This document shows, one piece after another, positions 32,447 through 43,328 of a DNA stretch of 64,000 nucleotides. This stretch comes from an uncultured Verrucomicrobiaceae bacterium (lineage in GTDB: Bacteria > Pseudomonadota > Gammaproteobacteria > Pseudomonadales > CAMLJR01). Numbering within the stretch: the first letter of the stretch is position 1; the number at the start of each line of letters is the position of its first letter. The notes under the pieces are model-generated. The model worked only from the letters and a program-made list of their open reading frames with translations, searched no databases and was not told the origin of the DNA. The translations under genes were made by a program, and so were the position numbers. Location: positions 152,456 through 216,455 of the forward strand of contig CAZCNY010000007.1 in NCBI GenBank assembly GCA_964500675.1, read 5' to 3'.

Positions 32447-33784
32447 ATGAGCAGGCGTTATTTTGGTACCGATGGTGTACGTGGTTTGGTGGGTGAGGGG
32501 CCGATCAATCCTGAGTTTGTGTTGAAGTTGGGGTGGGCTGCGGGAAAAGTTTTTGCACGCGGCGGCCGCAGTAAAGTCATCATCGGCAAGGACACACGCA
32601 TCTCCGGTTACATGTTTGAATCGGCACTCGAAGCCGGGCTGGTAGCGGCGGGGGTCGATGTGTCGTTGCTGGGACCGATGCCGACACCGGCGATCGCCTA
32701 TTTGACGCGCACATTTCACGCGCAGGCGGGCATTGTGATCAGCGCATCGCACAATCCCTATCACGATAATGGCATCAAGTTTTTTTCGAGCGAGGGCACG
32801 AAATTGCCCGACGCGATCGAGCTGGAAATTGAAAAACAAATCGACCAGCCGATGACGACAGTGGAATCGGCGCAACTCGGTAAAGTGGTGCGTATCAACG
32901 ATGCCGAGGGGCGTTACATTGAATTCTGTAAAAGTACGGTGCCCTCGTATTTCAATCTGCGCGGCAAGAAAATTGTGGTCGATTGCGCCAACGGCGCCAA
33001 CTATCACGTCGCGCCCGCGGTGCTCGATGAATTGGGCGCCTCAGTGATTGCGTTAGGTGTGGAGCCGAATGGGCTCAATATCAATGCCGATGTCGGTTCG
33101 ACCTCCCCCGAAACGTTGCGCCGCCGCGTATTGATAGAGAAAGCCGACCTCGGTATCGCATTCGATGGCGACGGCGATCGCGTTTTATTTGTCGATCATT
33201 GCGGTGAGCTGGTCGATGGCGATGAGCTGCTCTATATCATCGCGTGCGATCAATTGCGCACGCGCGGCAGTTGTAGCGGCGTGGTCGGCACGTTGATGTC
33301 GAATCTCGGTTTTGAGCTGGCATTAGCGGAGCTTGAAATTCCGTTTGCGCGCGCAAAAGTCGGCGATCGCTATGTCAACGAGTTGATGAAGTCGCGTGGT
33401 TGGCAATTGGGCGGAGAAAATTCTGGGCATATCATCTGTGCCGATGTGACGACGACGGGTGACGGTATTATCTCGGCGCTGAAAGTGTTGTTTGCAATCG
33501 TCAATACCGGCAAATCGCTGCACGAACTTAAGTCAGGGATGCAGAAATTTCCGCAGATTATGCACAACGTTAAGCTTGCGCAGCGCTTTGATCTCGATGC
33601 GACGCCCACAGTGCGCGACGCGGTGGCGGTGGTTGAGGAAAAACTTGCGGGTCGCGGCCGCGTCTTGTTGCGACCGTCGGGTACCGAGCCGGTCGTGCGG
33701 GTGATGGTTGAAGGTGAAGATAGTGCGCTGGTTCAAATGCTCTGTAGCGAACTCGCGGATGCCGTGAAGCGCGCCATTGGCTGA
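32447..33784 (+). CDS. glmM: Phosphoglucosamine mutase
   Basis: [29 protein letters not shown]. Confidence 0.98.
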   Translation: MSRRYFGTDGVRGLVGEGPINPEFVLKLGWAAGKVFARGGRSKVIIGKDTRISGYMFESALEAGLVAAGVDVSLLGPMPTPAIAYLTRTFHAQAGIVISASHNPYHDNGIKFFSSEGTKLPDAIELEIEKQIDQPMTTVESAQLGKVVRINDAEGRYIEFCKSTVPSYFNLRGKKIVVDCANGANYHVAPAVLDELGASVIALGVEPNGLNINADVGSTSPETLRRRVLIEKADLGIAFDGDGDRVLFVDHCGELVDGDELLYIIACDQLRTRGSCSGVVGTLMSNLGFELALAELEIPFARAKVGDRYVNELMKSRGWQLGGENSGHIICADVTTTGDGIISALKVLFAIVNTGKSLHELKSGMQKFPQIMHNVKLAQRFDLDATPTVRDAVAVVEEKLAGRGRVLLRPSGTEPVVRVMVEGEDSALVQMLCSELADAVKRAIG

Positions 33785-33855
33785 TCCCATCTTCGCTGGT
33801 TTAACTGCGACGCTTTTTGGTTTACCATTGCCCGCCGTTTTGACAGGGGGATGGC

Positions 33856-34599
33856 ATGCGTCGCAAGTTAGTCATCGGCAACTGGAAAATGCATGGCACC
33901 TACGCGGCAAACGCGGCGCTGGTGAGCAAGTTGTTGCGCACGTTACCGATTCTGTCGCATGTCGAGGTCGCTGTCTGCCCGCCGTTTGTTTACTTATCCT
34001 CGGTGCGCGAGCAGCTGGCGACCAGCGCTGTAAAGCTCGGCGCGCAAAACGTTTGCACCGAAGCGCAAGGGGCATTCACTGGCGAAGTATCCGCAGTGAT
34101 GCTGCGCGATTGCGGCTGTGATTTCGTTATCGTCGGTCACTCGGAGCGTCGTCAGCTGTTCAATGAAAGCGACGAGCAAACGGCGATAAAAGCGTCGCTC
34201 GCGCTGCGCAGCGGATTGACGCCGATCATTTGCGTTGGTGAAAGTCTCGCAGAGCGCGAAGCGGGCGATGCGCTTCGTGTAATCGAGCGCCAGCTCGGAG
34301 TGGTACAGGAAAAACTGAGCGCCGCCGATTTGCAGCGCATCGTTATCGCCTACGAACCGATATGGGCGATAGGTACTGGGTTTACGGCGACACCCGAGCA
34401 GGCGCAAGCGGTACACGCGTTTATTCGGCAACAATTGCGAGCGCAGCAAGCTGATGGAGTGCCGGTTTTATACGGCGGCAGTGTGAAAGCCGATAATGCG
34501 CAAGTGTTGTTTGCGCAAGCGGATATCGATGGCGGCCTCATTGGAGGCGCCTCACTTAAAGCAGAGGAGTTTGCCGCGATTTGTCGAGCGGCGGAATAA
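33856..34599 (+). CDS. tpiA: Triosephosphate isomerase
   Basis: GNWKMH, VGHSERR, AYEPIWAIGTG, LYGGSV, IGGASL. Confidence 0.99.
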   Translation: MRRKLVIGNWKMHGTYAANAALVSKLLRTLPILSHVEVAVCPPFVYLSSVREQLATSAVKLGAQNVCTEAQGAFTGEVSAVMLRDCGCDFVIVGHSERRQLFNESDEQTAIKASLALRSGLTPIICVGESLAEREAGDALRVIERQLGVVQEKLSAADLQRIVIAYEPIWAIGTGFTATPEQAQAVHAFIRQQLRAQQADGVPVLYGGSVKADNAQVLFAQADIDGGLIGGASLKAEEFAAICRAAE

Positions 34600-34605
34600 A
34601 TCGTT

Positions 34606-34998
34606 ATGCAAATGTTAATTATTGTCGTGCATGTACTGGCCGCGCTGTGCATTATTGGCTTGATACTCATTCAACAAGGTAAAGGCGCTGATATGGGGGC
34701 ATCGTTTGGCGCCGGCGCATCGCAAACGTTGTTTGGAAGTCGCGGGAGTGGTAACGCGTTAACGCGTGTTACCGCAATTCTTGCAACAATTTTCTTTGCG
34801 ACGAGTCTCGCGCTGTCCGTGCTGGCGAAAAAGAATTCGGAACATGCAGGTCAGATCGATTTACCAGCAGCAGCGATGAGTGCAACGCAGGCGCAAAAAG
34901 CGCCGGCACCTGGAAAATCTGTTGACGAGGTTCCTGCAGTCGAGCACAATTCCGCGCCTGCTGCAGGCGAGGTTCCGTCCGCGCCCGCGCAGAAGTAA
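34606..34998 (+). CDS. secG: Preprotein translocase subunit SecG
   Basis: QQGKGADMGASFGAGASQTLFGSRG. Confidence 0.97.
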   Translation: MQMLIIVVHVLAALCIIGLILIQQGKGADMGASFGAGASQTLFGSRGSGNALTRVTAILATIFFATSLALSVLAKKNSEHAGQIDLPAAAMSATQAQKAPAPGKSVDEVPAVEHNSAPAAGEVPSAPAQK

Positions 34999-35014
34999 TC
35001 TGCATACTGAATTT

Positions 35015-35099
35015 GCCCAGGTGGTGAAATTGGTATACACGCTACCTTGAGGTGGTAGTGGCGCAAGCCGTGCTGGTTCGAGTCCAGTCCTGGGCACCA
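35015..35099 (+). tRNA. tRNA-Leu (anticodon GAG)
   Basis: GCCCAGG acceptor stem, CTACC-TTGAGGT-GGTAG anticodon arm, long variable arm, GGTTCGAGTCC, encoded CCA; usual position after secG. Confidence 0.97.
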
Positions 35100-35109
35100 A
35101 ATGGAAAAT

Positions 35110-35137
35110 AAAAAAACCCGCTTTTGCGGGTTTTTTT
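35110..35137. terminator. Bidirectional intrinsic terminator
   Basis: aaaaaaacccgc-tttt-gcgggttttttt. Confidence 0.9.
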
Positions 35138-35151
35138 ATTTGCGGTCGTGG

Positions 35152-35493
35152 CTATCTGTTATAGCGCAGGCGCGTTCCAGCCATCACCGATAAGCGAATT
35201 TCTTCGGCGCTCAACTCTTTCGGAAAGTAACAGCCGGATATTTTCGCTTCGATCATGCTCGCTCCTTCTAAGTTGGTGTTGCGAAAATCAATGCCGCGTA
35301 AATCGGCTCCGCGAAAATACGCATCGCCAAAATCGAGGCCGTCGGCGTTCATGTCGCGCAAGTCGAGATTGCGGTAGACACCGCCGCGCAGCGTGGCTGA
35401 TTTTGCCGCCTCGTGGCGACGATTGAACTCGGCGATGTTCTCGTTGTAGAGCAATTGGTAGATGGGATCGGTGTGGATTTGTGGAGCGGCCAT
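35152..35493 (-). CDS. Short pentapeptide repeat protein
   Basis: YRNLDLRDMNADGLDFGDAYFRGADLRGIDFRNTNLEGASM. Confidence 0.88.
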   Translation of the reverse strand: MAAPQIHTDPIYQLLYNENIAEFNRRHEAAKSATLRGGVYRNLDLRDMNADGLDFGDAYFRGADLRGIDFRNTNLEGASMIEAKISGCYFPKELSAEEIRLSVMAGTRLRYNR

Positions 35494-35600
35494 AATGCGA
35501 TCTCGCAATTTGATGCGGATTAACGATAGAGCGATGGACTAACTATAGTTGGCCGGATAAATGGCGCCAGAGCGGCGTGCTGAAAGCTACTGCCTAGCGC

Positions 35601-35629
35601 TTGTGTTCACGGCCGGCATTGCGTAAAAT
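35601..35629 (+). promoter_or_regulatory. Putative sigma70 promoter of rplU-rpmA
   Basis: TTGTGT-N17-TAAAAT followed by a GC-rich discriminator (tcgccgccc). Confidence 0.6.
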
Positions 35630-35785
35630 TCGCCGCCCTTTAGTGGTGGTACCAGATGCCTGGTGCCCGATAGATACTAACCAAAGCGCTGGCATCGAGT
35701 GTCGATGTTCGCGCTGCCTGTACTTGCCCCGGCATCGCCCGGATCATGCAAAACCTTTGCAAGCAGGCCCTACGGAGTAATGGCA

Positions 35786-36100
35786 ATGACTTACGCAATT
35801 ATCGAAGCCGGCGGCAAGCAGCACCGAGTGCAGCCCGGTGAGGTTCTCAAAGTGGAAAAAATCGAAGCTGCCACGGGTGCTTCGATCGATTTCGACAAGG
35901 TGCTGTTGGTCAGCGATGGTCAAAGCGTCAAAATCGGTGCGCCCTACGTAGCGGGCAGCAAGGTGACGGCGGAAGTGGTCGAACAGGGCCGTCACGACAA
36001 GATACGCATCATCAAGTTTCGCCGCCGCAAGCACCACATGAAGCGCGCTGGTCATCGCCAGTGGTACACCGCTATCAAAATTACGGCAATCAACGCGTAA
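35786..36100 (+). CDS. rplU: 50S ribosomal protein L21
   Basis: [32 protein letters not shown]. Confidence 0.98.
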   Translation: MTYAIIEAGGKQHRVQPGEVLKVEKIEAATGASIDFDKVLLVSDGQSVKIGAPYVAGSKVTAEVVEQGRHDKIRIIKFRRRKHHMKRAGHRQWYTAIKITAINA

Positions 36101-36140
36101 ACTTTCCATTTTGAGAGCGTAGGCTCGCAGGAGAATAGTA

Positions 36141-36398
36141 ATGGCACACAAGAAAGCAGGCGGTTCCAGCCGCAACGGCCGCGATTCACAGAGCAAGCGA
36201 CTGGGTGTGAAGCGCTTTGGCGGCCAACTGGTTACGGCGGGCAGCATCATTGTGCGTCAGCGCGGCACCAAGATTCGTCCGGGTGTGAATGTTGGCGTCG
36301 GCCGCGATCACACATTGTTCGCGACGGTTGACGGCACTGTACAGTTCGAGACCAAGGGCCTCGACAAGCGCAAAGTGGTCAGCATCGTAACGGTTTAA
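36141..36398 (+). CDS. rpmA: 50S ribosomal protein L27
   Basis: [24 protein letters not shown]. Confidence 0.99.
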   Translation: MAHKKAGGSSRNGRDSQSKRLGVKRFGGQLVTAGSIIVRQRGTKIRPGVNVGVGRDHTLFATVDGTVQFETKGLDKRKVVSIVTV

Positions 36399-36414
36399 TC
36401 ACGCCGCTGATTTC

Positions 36415-36441
36415 AAAAGCCCCACTCGCTGGGGCTTTTTT
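36415..36441 (+). terminator. Intrinsic terminator after rpmA
   Basis: aaaagcccca-ctcgc-tggggcttttt. Confidence 0.85.
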
Positions 36442-36501
36442 ATTGGTGGTTAAGAACTATTTGTAGCGGATAATGCGCGCATCAGCATTGAGTAGTTAGC
36501 C

Positions 36502-37701
36502 ATGAAATTCGTCGATGAAGTCGTTATCAAAGTGCAAGCCGGTCGCGGCGGTAACGGCTGCATGAGTTTTCGGCGCGAACGCGCGGTGCCGTTCGGGGGG
36601 CCCGATGGTGGCGACGGCGGCGATGGCGGCAGCGTGTTTCTCGTTGCTGACCCTGCCGTGAATACGATGGTGGATTACCGCTACATCCGCAGCTATCAGG
36701 CCAAAAGTGGCGAGTCGGGTCGCGGGGCCAATTGCACAGGTCCAAGCGGTGATGACTTGGCGCTACAGGTGCCGATTGGTACCACGGTTATCGACGAGGA
36801 TACGGGTGAGGTGCTCGGCGATCTGAAGACACCGGGGCAGCGGTTGTTGGTCGCGCAAGGAGGATGGCATGGACTCGGCAACACGCGCTATAAATCGTCG
36901 ACCAATCGCGCGCCGCGACAGACCAGCAAAGGCACCGAGGGCGAGCAGCGCAATCTGCGCATGGAAATGAAGGTGCTCGCCGATGTGGGGCTGCTCGGCC
37001 TGCCTAATGCCGGCAAATCGACGTTGATTCGCGCCGTGTCCTCAGCGAAACCGAAGGTGGCCGATTACCCATTTACAACGCTGGTTCCAAACCTTGGTGT
37101 GGTGCGTGTGCAGGCGCATCGCAGTTTTGTGATGGCAGATATTCCTGGGTTGATTCCAGGCGCATCGGAAGGCGCTGGGCTCGGCATTCGTTTTCTCAAG
37201 CATTTGACGCGCACGCGCCTGCTTCTGCATCTGGTTGATATGCTGCCGCCCGACGGTAGCGATCCGGTTGCGGCCATCGAAGGCATCGCCAACGAGCTGC
37301 AATTATTTAGCCCGACATTGGCGAGTCGTGAGCGCTGGCTGGTTTTGAATAAGGTCGATCTGTTGCCGCCCGACGAGGCCGATGCGATTTGCGGCGATGT
37401 CGTTGCGCGTTTGCAATGGCAGGGGCCGGTCTATCGTGTTGCTGCAATCAGCGGCGAGGGCACAAGCAAATTGTGCGGCGATATCATGACGCATCTCGAG
37501 AGCCGTTGGCAGCAGGAGGCAAACGACGCCGAGCTTGCGCAGCGTGAGGAGCAATTGAAAACCGCGATGCAGGCCGAGGCGCGTGAACGTATCCATGCGC
37601 TTGAAGCCGCGCGCAAAGCGCGGCGTGCTGCGAAACTCGATGCCGACGACGAAGATGACGATGACGACTACGATGGCGTTGAAGTGGAATACGTGCAGTA
37701 A
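36502..37701 (+). CDS. obgE: GTPase ObgE/CgtA
   Basis: Gly-rich Obg domain, [22 protein letters not shown], acidic tail. Confidence 0.98.
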   Translation: MKFVDEVVIKVQAGRGGNGCMSFRRERAVPFGGPDGGDGGDGGSVFLVADPAVNTMVDYRYIRSYQAKSGESGRGANCTGPSGDDLALQVPIGTTVIDEDTGEVLGDLKTPGQRLLVAQGGWHGLGNTRYKSSTNRAPRQTSKGTEGEQRNLRMEMKVLADVGLLGLPNAGKSTLIRAVSSAKPKVADYPFTTLVPNLGVVRVQAHRSFVMADIPGLIPGASEGAGLGIRFLKHLTRTRLLLHLVDMLPPDGSDPVAAIEGIANELQLFSPTLASRERWLVLNKVDLLPPDEADAICGDVVARLQWQGPVYRVAAISGEGTSKLCGDIMTHLESRWQQEANDAELAQREEQLKTAMQAEARERIHALEAARKARRAAKLDADDEDDDDDYDGVEVEYVQ

Positions 37702-37725
37702 CCGAACTTACTGAAAGGTTGGTCG

Positions 37726-38838
37726 ATGACGAATATAAAAAGTGCGCGGCGCTGGGTGATAAAAATCGGTAGTGCGCTGCTTACCAATGACGGTCGCGGT
37801 TTGTATCTCGCTGCGATCGAACAATGGGTCAGGCAGATCGTTGAATTGCGCCAGCGCGGCATAGAGGTTGTGTTAGTGTCATCGGGTGCTGTGGCCGAAG
37901 GCATGGTGCGGCTCGGTTGGAAAACGCGACCGCACGCTTTGCATGAATTGCAGGCTGCCGCTGCGGTCGGGCAGATGGGGCTCATTCAGGCTTACGAATC
38001 ACAATTTCAGCGTTATGGATTGCATACCGCCCAAGTGTTGCTCGGTCACGACGATATTTCCGCGCGCGATCGCTACCTGAATGCGCGCGGCACCTTAAAG
38101 ACACTGGTGCAGCTCGGCGTCATTCCCGTCATCAACGAGAACGATACCGTCGTCACCGACGAGATCCGTTTTGGTGACAACGATACGCTCGGCGCGCTCG
38201 TGGCCAATCTTATCGACGCCGATCTGCTCGTGATTCTCACCGATCAAGAAGGTCTGTTCGAAAGCGATCCGCGCAGCGATCCTAACGCGGTGTTCGTGGC
38301 GCGCGGACGCGCGGGCGATCCGCAGTACGAGCGGATGGCGGGTGGCGGTGGAATACTCGGTCGCGGCGGCATGCTCACGAAAATTCGCGCGGCGAAATTG
38401 GCGGCGCGCTCGGGTGCCGACACCGTGATTGCAAGCGGTCGCGCGGATAATGTGCTGGTACGCTTGGCGGCTGGCGCAGCGGTGGGTACACGTTTGACCG
38501 CCGATAACCAGCCCTTGGCCGCGCGCAAGCAGTGGCTGGCTGGACTCATGCAGGCGAGTGGGTGTTTGACGCTCGACGATGGCGCGGTGCGCGTGCTGCG
38601 CGAATCGGGGAAAAGTTTGCTGCCGGTCGGTGTGAAATCAATCGACGGACGATTCAATCGCGGCGATTTGGTCGCGTGTGTCGATTTGCGCGGTGCTGAA
38701 ATTGCGCGAGGTCTGGTGAACTACGCGTACGACGAAGCGCAAAAAATTATCGGCCAAAGCTCCGACCGTATCGAAATTTTGCTCGGTTACCAGGGCGAGA
38801 AAGAATTAATTCATCGCGACAATCTTGTCGTGCTCTAG
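37726..38838 (+). CDS. proB: Glutamate 5-kinase
   Basis: [38 protein letters not shown] domain. Confidence 0.98.
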   Translation: MTNIKSARRWVIKIGSALLTNDGRGLYLAAIEQWVRQIVELRQRGIEVVLVSSGAVAEGMVRLGWKTRPHALHELQAAAAVGQMGLIQAYESQFQRYGLHTAQVLLGHDDISARDRYLNARGTLKTLVQLGVIPVINENDTVVTDEIRFGDNDTLGALVANLIDADLLVILTDQEGLFESDPRSDPNAVFVARGRAGDPQYERMAGGGGILGRGGMLTKIRAAKLAARSGADTVIASGRADNVLVRLAAGAAVGTRLTADNQPLAARKQWLAGLMQASGCLTLDDGAVRVLRESGKSLLPVGVKSIDGRFNRGDLVACVDLRGAEIARGLVNYAYDEAQKIIGQSSDRIEILLGYQGEKELIHRDNLVVL

Positions 38839-38863
38839 TCACGCGGTGCTCTAGCTGCTCGCT

Positions 38864-39625
38864 ATGATCGGATTCGCGCTCAAAAAAATTATCGGTGTGT
38901 GGTTGATGCCGCTGCCGTTCTCGGTGGTGTTGCTCAGCGTCGGTTGTGGTTGTCTGTGGTTGAAACGCGAATGCGGTGCGCGCTGGCTGATTACCATCGG
39001 CCTCGGCGTGCTGATTATTTCGAGCTGTACCGCGATCTCCGATTTGGCGCTTTTGCCGATCGAAGAGCGTTACCCAAAATGGCAGGGAACAACCGAAAAA
39101 ATCGATTACATCGTGGTGATGGGGGCCGGTCAGGAAGATGCGCCGCGGCTGCCGCTCACGAATCGTCCAAATACGGCTGCTGTGTATCGTCTGCTTGAAG
39201 GCATTTCGATTTATCGAGCCAATCCCGGTAGCAAATTGGTCTTATCGGGTGGTGGAGTGCGTGAGTCTCATGCGATGTTGATGGCGCAGGTGGCGACGCG
39301 CATCGGCGTACCCGCCGGCGATATCGTATTGCAGACGGTATCGCGCGACACTGAGGAAGAGGTCGGTTTGCTCAAGCCGATTGTCGGCGCTCATCGTTTC
39401 GCGGTAGTAACATCGGCGGCGCACATGCCGCGGACGATAACACTATTTAACGCGGTGGGACTCAACCCGATTCCCGCGCCCACCCATTTTCTCGATCGTG
39501 ACAATCCGCATCCGAATTGGCGCGACTTCGCGTTGCCTAACACGGACAGTCTGGCGCGCTCGGAGTTTGCCGTGCACGAATATCTCGGTTTGTGGTGGCT
39601 GAAGTTGAAAAGCTGTTTCGAGTGA
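38864..39625 (+). CDS. elyC: ElyC/YdcF (DUF218) envelope biogenesis factor
   Basis: Two N-terminal TM helices, YIVVMGAG, RLLEG, LSGG, VTSAAHMPR, HEYLG. Confidence 0.85.
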   Translation: MIGFALKKIIGVWLMPLPFSVVLLSVGCGCLWLKRECGARWLITIGLGVLIISSCTAISDLALLPIEERYPKWQGTTEKIDYIVVMGAGQEDAPRLPLTNRPNTAAVYRLLEGISIYRANPGSKLVLSGGGVRESHAMLMAQVATRIGVPAGDIVLQTVSRDTEEEVGLLKPIVGAHRFAVVTSAAHMPRTITLFNAVGLNPIPAPTHFLDRDNPHPNWRDFALPNTDSLARSEFAVHEYLGLWWLKLKSCFE

Positions 39626-39637
39626 AATGAAGCCAAT

Positions 39638-39664
39638 AAAAAAGCCGGCAATGCCGGCTTTTTT
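39638..39664. terminator. Bidirectional intrinsic terminator between elyC and rpsT
   Basis: aaaaaagccggc-aat-gccggctttttt. Confidence 0.9.
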
Positions 39665-39676
39665 ATGCGCTGATGG

Positions 39677-39952
39677 TTAAGCAGCTTTCTGTACGAGCGC
39701 TTTGATCTGCGCATTCAAGCGACTCTTATGACGAGCCGCCTTGTTTTTGTGAATGATGCCTTTGTCGGCGATGCGATCAATCACTGGCACAGCCGCGGCG
39801 TAAGCGGTTTTTGCAGCTTCGGCATCGCCTTTGGCGATAGCGGCAACAACTTTCTTGATATAGGTGCGTACCATCGAGCGCAAGCTGCCGTTGTGTTGGC
39901 GGGCTTTTTCTGCCTGCCGTGCGCGCTTGCGTGCCTGTGCCGTATTCGCCAC
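39677..39952 (-). CDS. rpsT: 30S ribosomal protein S20
   Basis: [28 protein letters not shown]. Confidence 0.99.
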   Translation of the reverse strand: MANTAQARKRARQAEKARQHNGSLRSMVRTYIKKVVAAIAKGDAEAAKTAYAAAVPVIDRIADKGIIHKNKAARHKSRLNAQIKALVQKAA

Positions 39953-40014
39953 CGCTGAACTCCTGCTCTTTTGAGTCGTGAAAACTGTTAGGTCGTAAAA
40001 AATTGAGAGGCGCG

Positions 40015-40043
40015 ATTATTCATACCAGCGCCTGGCTTGTCAA
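40015..40043 (-). promoter_or_regulatory. sigma70 promoter of rpsT
   Basis: TTGACA-N17-AATAAT on the minus strand. Confidence 0.75.
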
Positions 40044-40080
40044 TATGCAAAAGAGGGGGAACGCCGTCTGGAGAGGTGTT

Positions 40081-40458
40081 TCAGCCGACAAAACGCTGCC
40101 ATAGCGACGGCGCCCAGACGATCAGAAATAGCATCAAGCTCGTGAAGACGCCGGCCGAGCCGATATCTTTGGCCTGTCCCGAGAGCGGGTGCATTTCGGA
40201 GCCGAAGCGATCGATGGCGGCCTCGATCGCGGAGTTGAACAGCTCCGCCAGAATGACGATGGCGCAGGTCACCACCAGTAGCAGCTTATGTGTCAAACTT
40301 TGGCCAACCCAGAATGCGAGCGGCACGCAAACACAGGCCAGCGTCGCCTCGATGCGGAATGCCTCCTCATGGACCCAAGCGGCGCGAAAGCCTTTTATCG
40401 AGTAGCCAGTTGCAGCGATGAGGCGGGCGATACCGGTCTTGCCGGGCTTGGTCATCAT
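40081..40458 (-). CDS. dgkA: Diacylglycerol kinase
   Basis: KTGIARLIAATGYSIKGFRAAWVHEEAFR, ELFNSAIEAAIDR, AKDIGSAGV. Confidence 0.96.
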   Translation of the reverse strand: MMTKPGKTGIARLIAATGYSIKGFRAAWVHEEAFRIEATLACVCVPLAFWVGQSLTHKLLLVVTCAIVILAELFNSAIEAAIDRFGSEMHPLSGQAKDIGSAGVFTSLMLFLIVWAPSLWQRFVG

Positions 40459-40537
40459 GCGAGCGGTATCCTGAGTGCAAAACTCGCGCATGGTAACGAT
40501 TGCGCCGGCGCTGTCAAACGGTGCGGTGGTATCGGAT

Positions 40538-40768
40538 TCAGCCACGGGTATGACGACCTTCGCGGCGGTTGGACGCCGTGGCGTGAGTGCTAAGCGCCAC
40601 GCTGGTCGCAGCGGGGTTCACGCGTATGTTCTGCTCTGTCGGGGGCCACGGTGCGAACAACGGTAATACCGCGTATTGCGCCAGCACCGTCGTGAACCGG
40701 TTACCGGCCGGTGCGAAGCGAGGCGCCAATGCCGAGGTTGTGGCGGTGCTCGCCGGATCGATATTCAT
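40538..40768 (-). CDS. Possible small hypothetical protein
   Basis: 76-aa ORF whose ATG overlaps the upstream stop (ATGA); no recognisable motif. Confidence 0.3.
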   Translation of the reverse strand: MNIDPASTATTSALAPRFAPAGNRFTTVLAQYAVLPLFAPWPPTEQNIRVNPAATSVALSTHATASNRREGRHTRG

Positions 40769-40995
40769 TTGACCAGCGCCAGCGCGATCAGGAACCAGCC
40801 TGCGGCCGCGATGATGATGGGGTCTTTGGCAACTTTCCAGCGCGATAAAGCATAAAGGTACGAGAGCGGGGGCAGTATCACCGTGATAAGTCCCCACGCA
40901 AAATCTTCTCGACTGCTGTAGATCAACAGTAAGATCCAGCTACCGATCAGCGCAACGATACCGGTAAAAAGAAAAAAAGCATCTAACTCAGGCAC
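40765..40995 (-). CDS. Small multi-pass membrane protein
   Basis: GTG start; three hydrophobic segments, WGLITVILPPLSYLY. Confidence 0.65.
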   Translation of the reverse strand: MPELDAFFLFTGIVALIGSWILLLIYSSREDFAWGLITVILPPLSYLYALSRWKVAKDPIIIAAAGWFLIALALVK

Positions 40996-41118
40996 TTTGC
41001 AATTTCTCCATCTGTGTTTTTGGCAGATGAATAATAGAGCCTTGAGGTGACCATAACAACCCGCGGGTAGCGAGTAGAATTCGCTACGCTGTTGGTTAGT
41101 GCAACTGGATTTGTTTTT

Positions 41119-43206
41119 ATGACCTCGATGCAACCGACGATATCACCAGACGATCCGCAACAGACCCTGCGCGCAGAGCAGTTGCGACTGTTATTTGAAA
41201 CCCAGCCGTTCAATATCGGCGCCAGTTTGGCAATTACCGCCATTGTTGTATTGACGCTGCTGCCCGATGTGCCTCTGGCGCGTATTGCGCTTTGGTGTGC
41301 CGCCATGCTGGTTGGCAATACGGCTCGCGCACTGATCACCGTGGGTTGGCGTCGCGATTCCAGACGTTTGCAACATACGCAACAGTGGCGGCGAAATTTT
41401 TTAATCGCGTCTCTACTCGCGGGAGCGGGATGGGGACTGTGCAATCTTTTGTTATTCCCGGCACAAAATCCGTCACAGCAAATGCTGTTGGTATTTATCA
41501 GCTGCGGTATTTCCGCTGCGGCGGCGGCATCGCTGGCGGTGGATCGTGTTATCGCTTGGGCGTTCTTGCTGCCGTGCACATTGCCGCTGGAATTTCAGCT
41601 CTATATACATTCGAGCGATTTTGGTTCGCGTTTGAGCGCGATGGCCGTGGTGTATTTGATATTTCTGGCGGGTGTTATCAACCGCCTGCACAATTACATC
41701 AAAGATAACATCACGCTGCGCCTTGCCGACAAGGAACGCGAGCAACGGCAAAACGAAATCGCACAGGCATTGCTCTCGAGTCAGGAAAAATTGCAGGCAT
41801 TGTTTGAGTTGTCCCCGCTGGGCTGTACCTTGATGCGAACCGATGGCGCGGTGGTTGAGGTGAACCGGGCGCTTTATCGCATGCTCGGTTACAGTCGCGA
41901 AGACATCAAAAGACTTTTTGAAGCCTCGGGCGCGCCGGTTTTGCGCGAGGAAAACCGGCAAGGCTGGGCGCAGCTGATTCAACAGGGCGGCACCGATTCT
42001 CTCGAATGCGAGTTGAAGCGGAAAGATGGCAGCTCAATTTCGGTTTCATTGCACCGAATCGCGATTGATACCTGCGACGGACAACACTATGTGTGGTCGT
42101 TGATAGAGGATATTACCGAGCGCAAGCAGCACGAACAGCAATTACGCGAACTGAATAACCGCCTTTCTCTCGCAACGCAGGCGGGTGGCATCGGTGTGTG
42201 GGAGTTGGATGTCGCGTGCGAGGAGCTGTTGTGGGACTCGCGCATGAGCGAAATCTACGGCATGGAGCCCGTTGCGAGAACGCTGTCTTTTCAAACGCCC
42301 AATAAGCTCGGGCACCCGGACGATTGGGAGGCTGCCGCAGCCATATTCTTTGAAGCGCTACAAAACCCCGCGACTGACCGCTATGTAACCGAATTCCGAA
42401 TCGTCCTGCCCGATGATATCGAACGCTGGGTGCGCACCGCCGGTATTTTTCGGCGCGATGAATCGGGCCGTACCCAGCGCGTGATCGGAGTCGCTTGGGA
42501 CATCACCGAACTCAAGCATGTGGCCCGAATGAAAAGCGAATTCGTCTCAATGGTTTCGCATGAATTGCGCACACCGTTGACATCGATTCGCGGTTCTCTC
42601 GGTTTGGTCAAGAGCGGAGTGGTCGGTGAATTGTTGCCGGCGGCACAAGAATTAATCGATGTCGCGTACAAAAATAGCGAACGTCTGTCGCTATTGATCG
42701 ACGATATTCTCGACATCGAAAAAATGGAATCGGGGAAAATGCGCCTCGATTTACAACAATATTCGTTGCGATCATTGATAGAGCAGGCGGTTGCGGACAA
42801 CCGGGGATTTGCGCAGAGTTTCTCCGTGTATTTGCAGCTCAGCATTCAAGGCGATACCTCGATCGTTGTCGATGCGCACCGGTTTATGCAGGTGATGGCT
42901 AATCTTATTTCCAATGCCGTGAAATTCTCTGAGGCCGAAGACAGCGTCGAAATTGCGGTGTTGAACACGCTGGCGCGCGTGCGTATTGAAGTCTGCGACC
43001 GCGGACCAGGAATCCCCGCGAATTTTCAGGAGCGCATCTTTCAGCGTTTTTCTCAGGCCGATTCGTCGGATGCGCGCGCGCGCGGCGGCTCGGGTTTGGG
43101 CCTTGCAATTACTAAATCCTTAGTTGAAAAGATGCATGGAAAAATCGGTTTTGCGGCTCGCGAAGGCGGGGGCACGGTCTTTTTCGTCGAATTCCCGCGC
43201 GGATAG
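41119..43206 (+). CDS. Membrane sensor histidine kinase (multi-TM, PAS-PAS, HisKA, HATPase)
   Basis: VSHELRTPLTSI, NLISNAVKFS, DRGPGIP, GSGLGL. Confidence 0.95.
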   Translation: MTSMQPTISPDDPQQTLRAEQLRLLFETQPFNIGASLAITAIVVLTLLPDVPLARIALWCAAMLVGNTARALITVGWRRDSRRLQHTQQWRRNFLIASLLAGAGWGLCNLLLFPAQNPSQQMLLVFISCGISAAAAASLAVDRVIAWAFLLPCTLPLEFQLYIHSSDFGSRLSAMAVVYLIFLAGVINRLHNYIKDNITLRLADKEREQRQNEIAQALLSSQEKLQALFELSPLGCTLMRTDGAVVEVNRALYRMLGYSREDIKRLFEASGAPVLREENRQGWAQLIQQGGTDSLECELKRKDGSSISVSLHRIAIDTCDGQHYVWSLIEDITERKQHEQQLRELNNRLSLATQAGGIGVWELDVACEELLWDSRMSEIYGMEPVARTLSFQTPNKLGHPDDWEAAAAIFFEALQNPATDRYVTEFRIVLPDDIERWVRTAGIFRRDESGRTQRVIGVAWDITELKHVARMKSEFVSMVSHELRTPLTSIRGSLGLVKSGVVGELLPAAQELIDVAYKNSERLSLLIDDILDIEKMESGKMRLDLQQYSLRSLIEQAVADNRGFAQSFSVYLQLSIQGDTSIVVDAHRFMQVMANLISNAVKFSEAEDSVEIAVLNTLARVRIEVCDRGPGIPANFQERIFQRFSQADSSDARARGGSGLGLAITKSLVEKMHGKIGFAAREGGGTVFFVEFPRG

Positions 43207-43328
43207 TCGATGCGCGTCAAAAAAATAGAAGAATATCGACAAGATAGATAAAATAATTGCGTCGCGAAGATAACCAATATCGACGTAATGCCCGGATAGA
43301 GCACACGGACAAGAAACGGGGGTAACCG

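Noticed and set aside
35015-35500. Genomic island integrated at tRNA-Leu
   Set aside because: No integrase and no duplicated tRNA 3' end anywhere in the window; a normal terminator follows.
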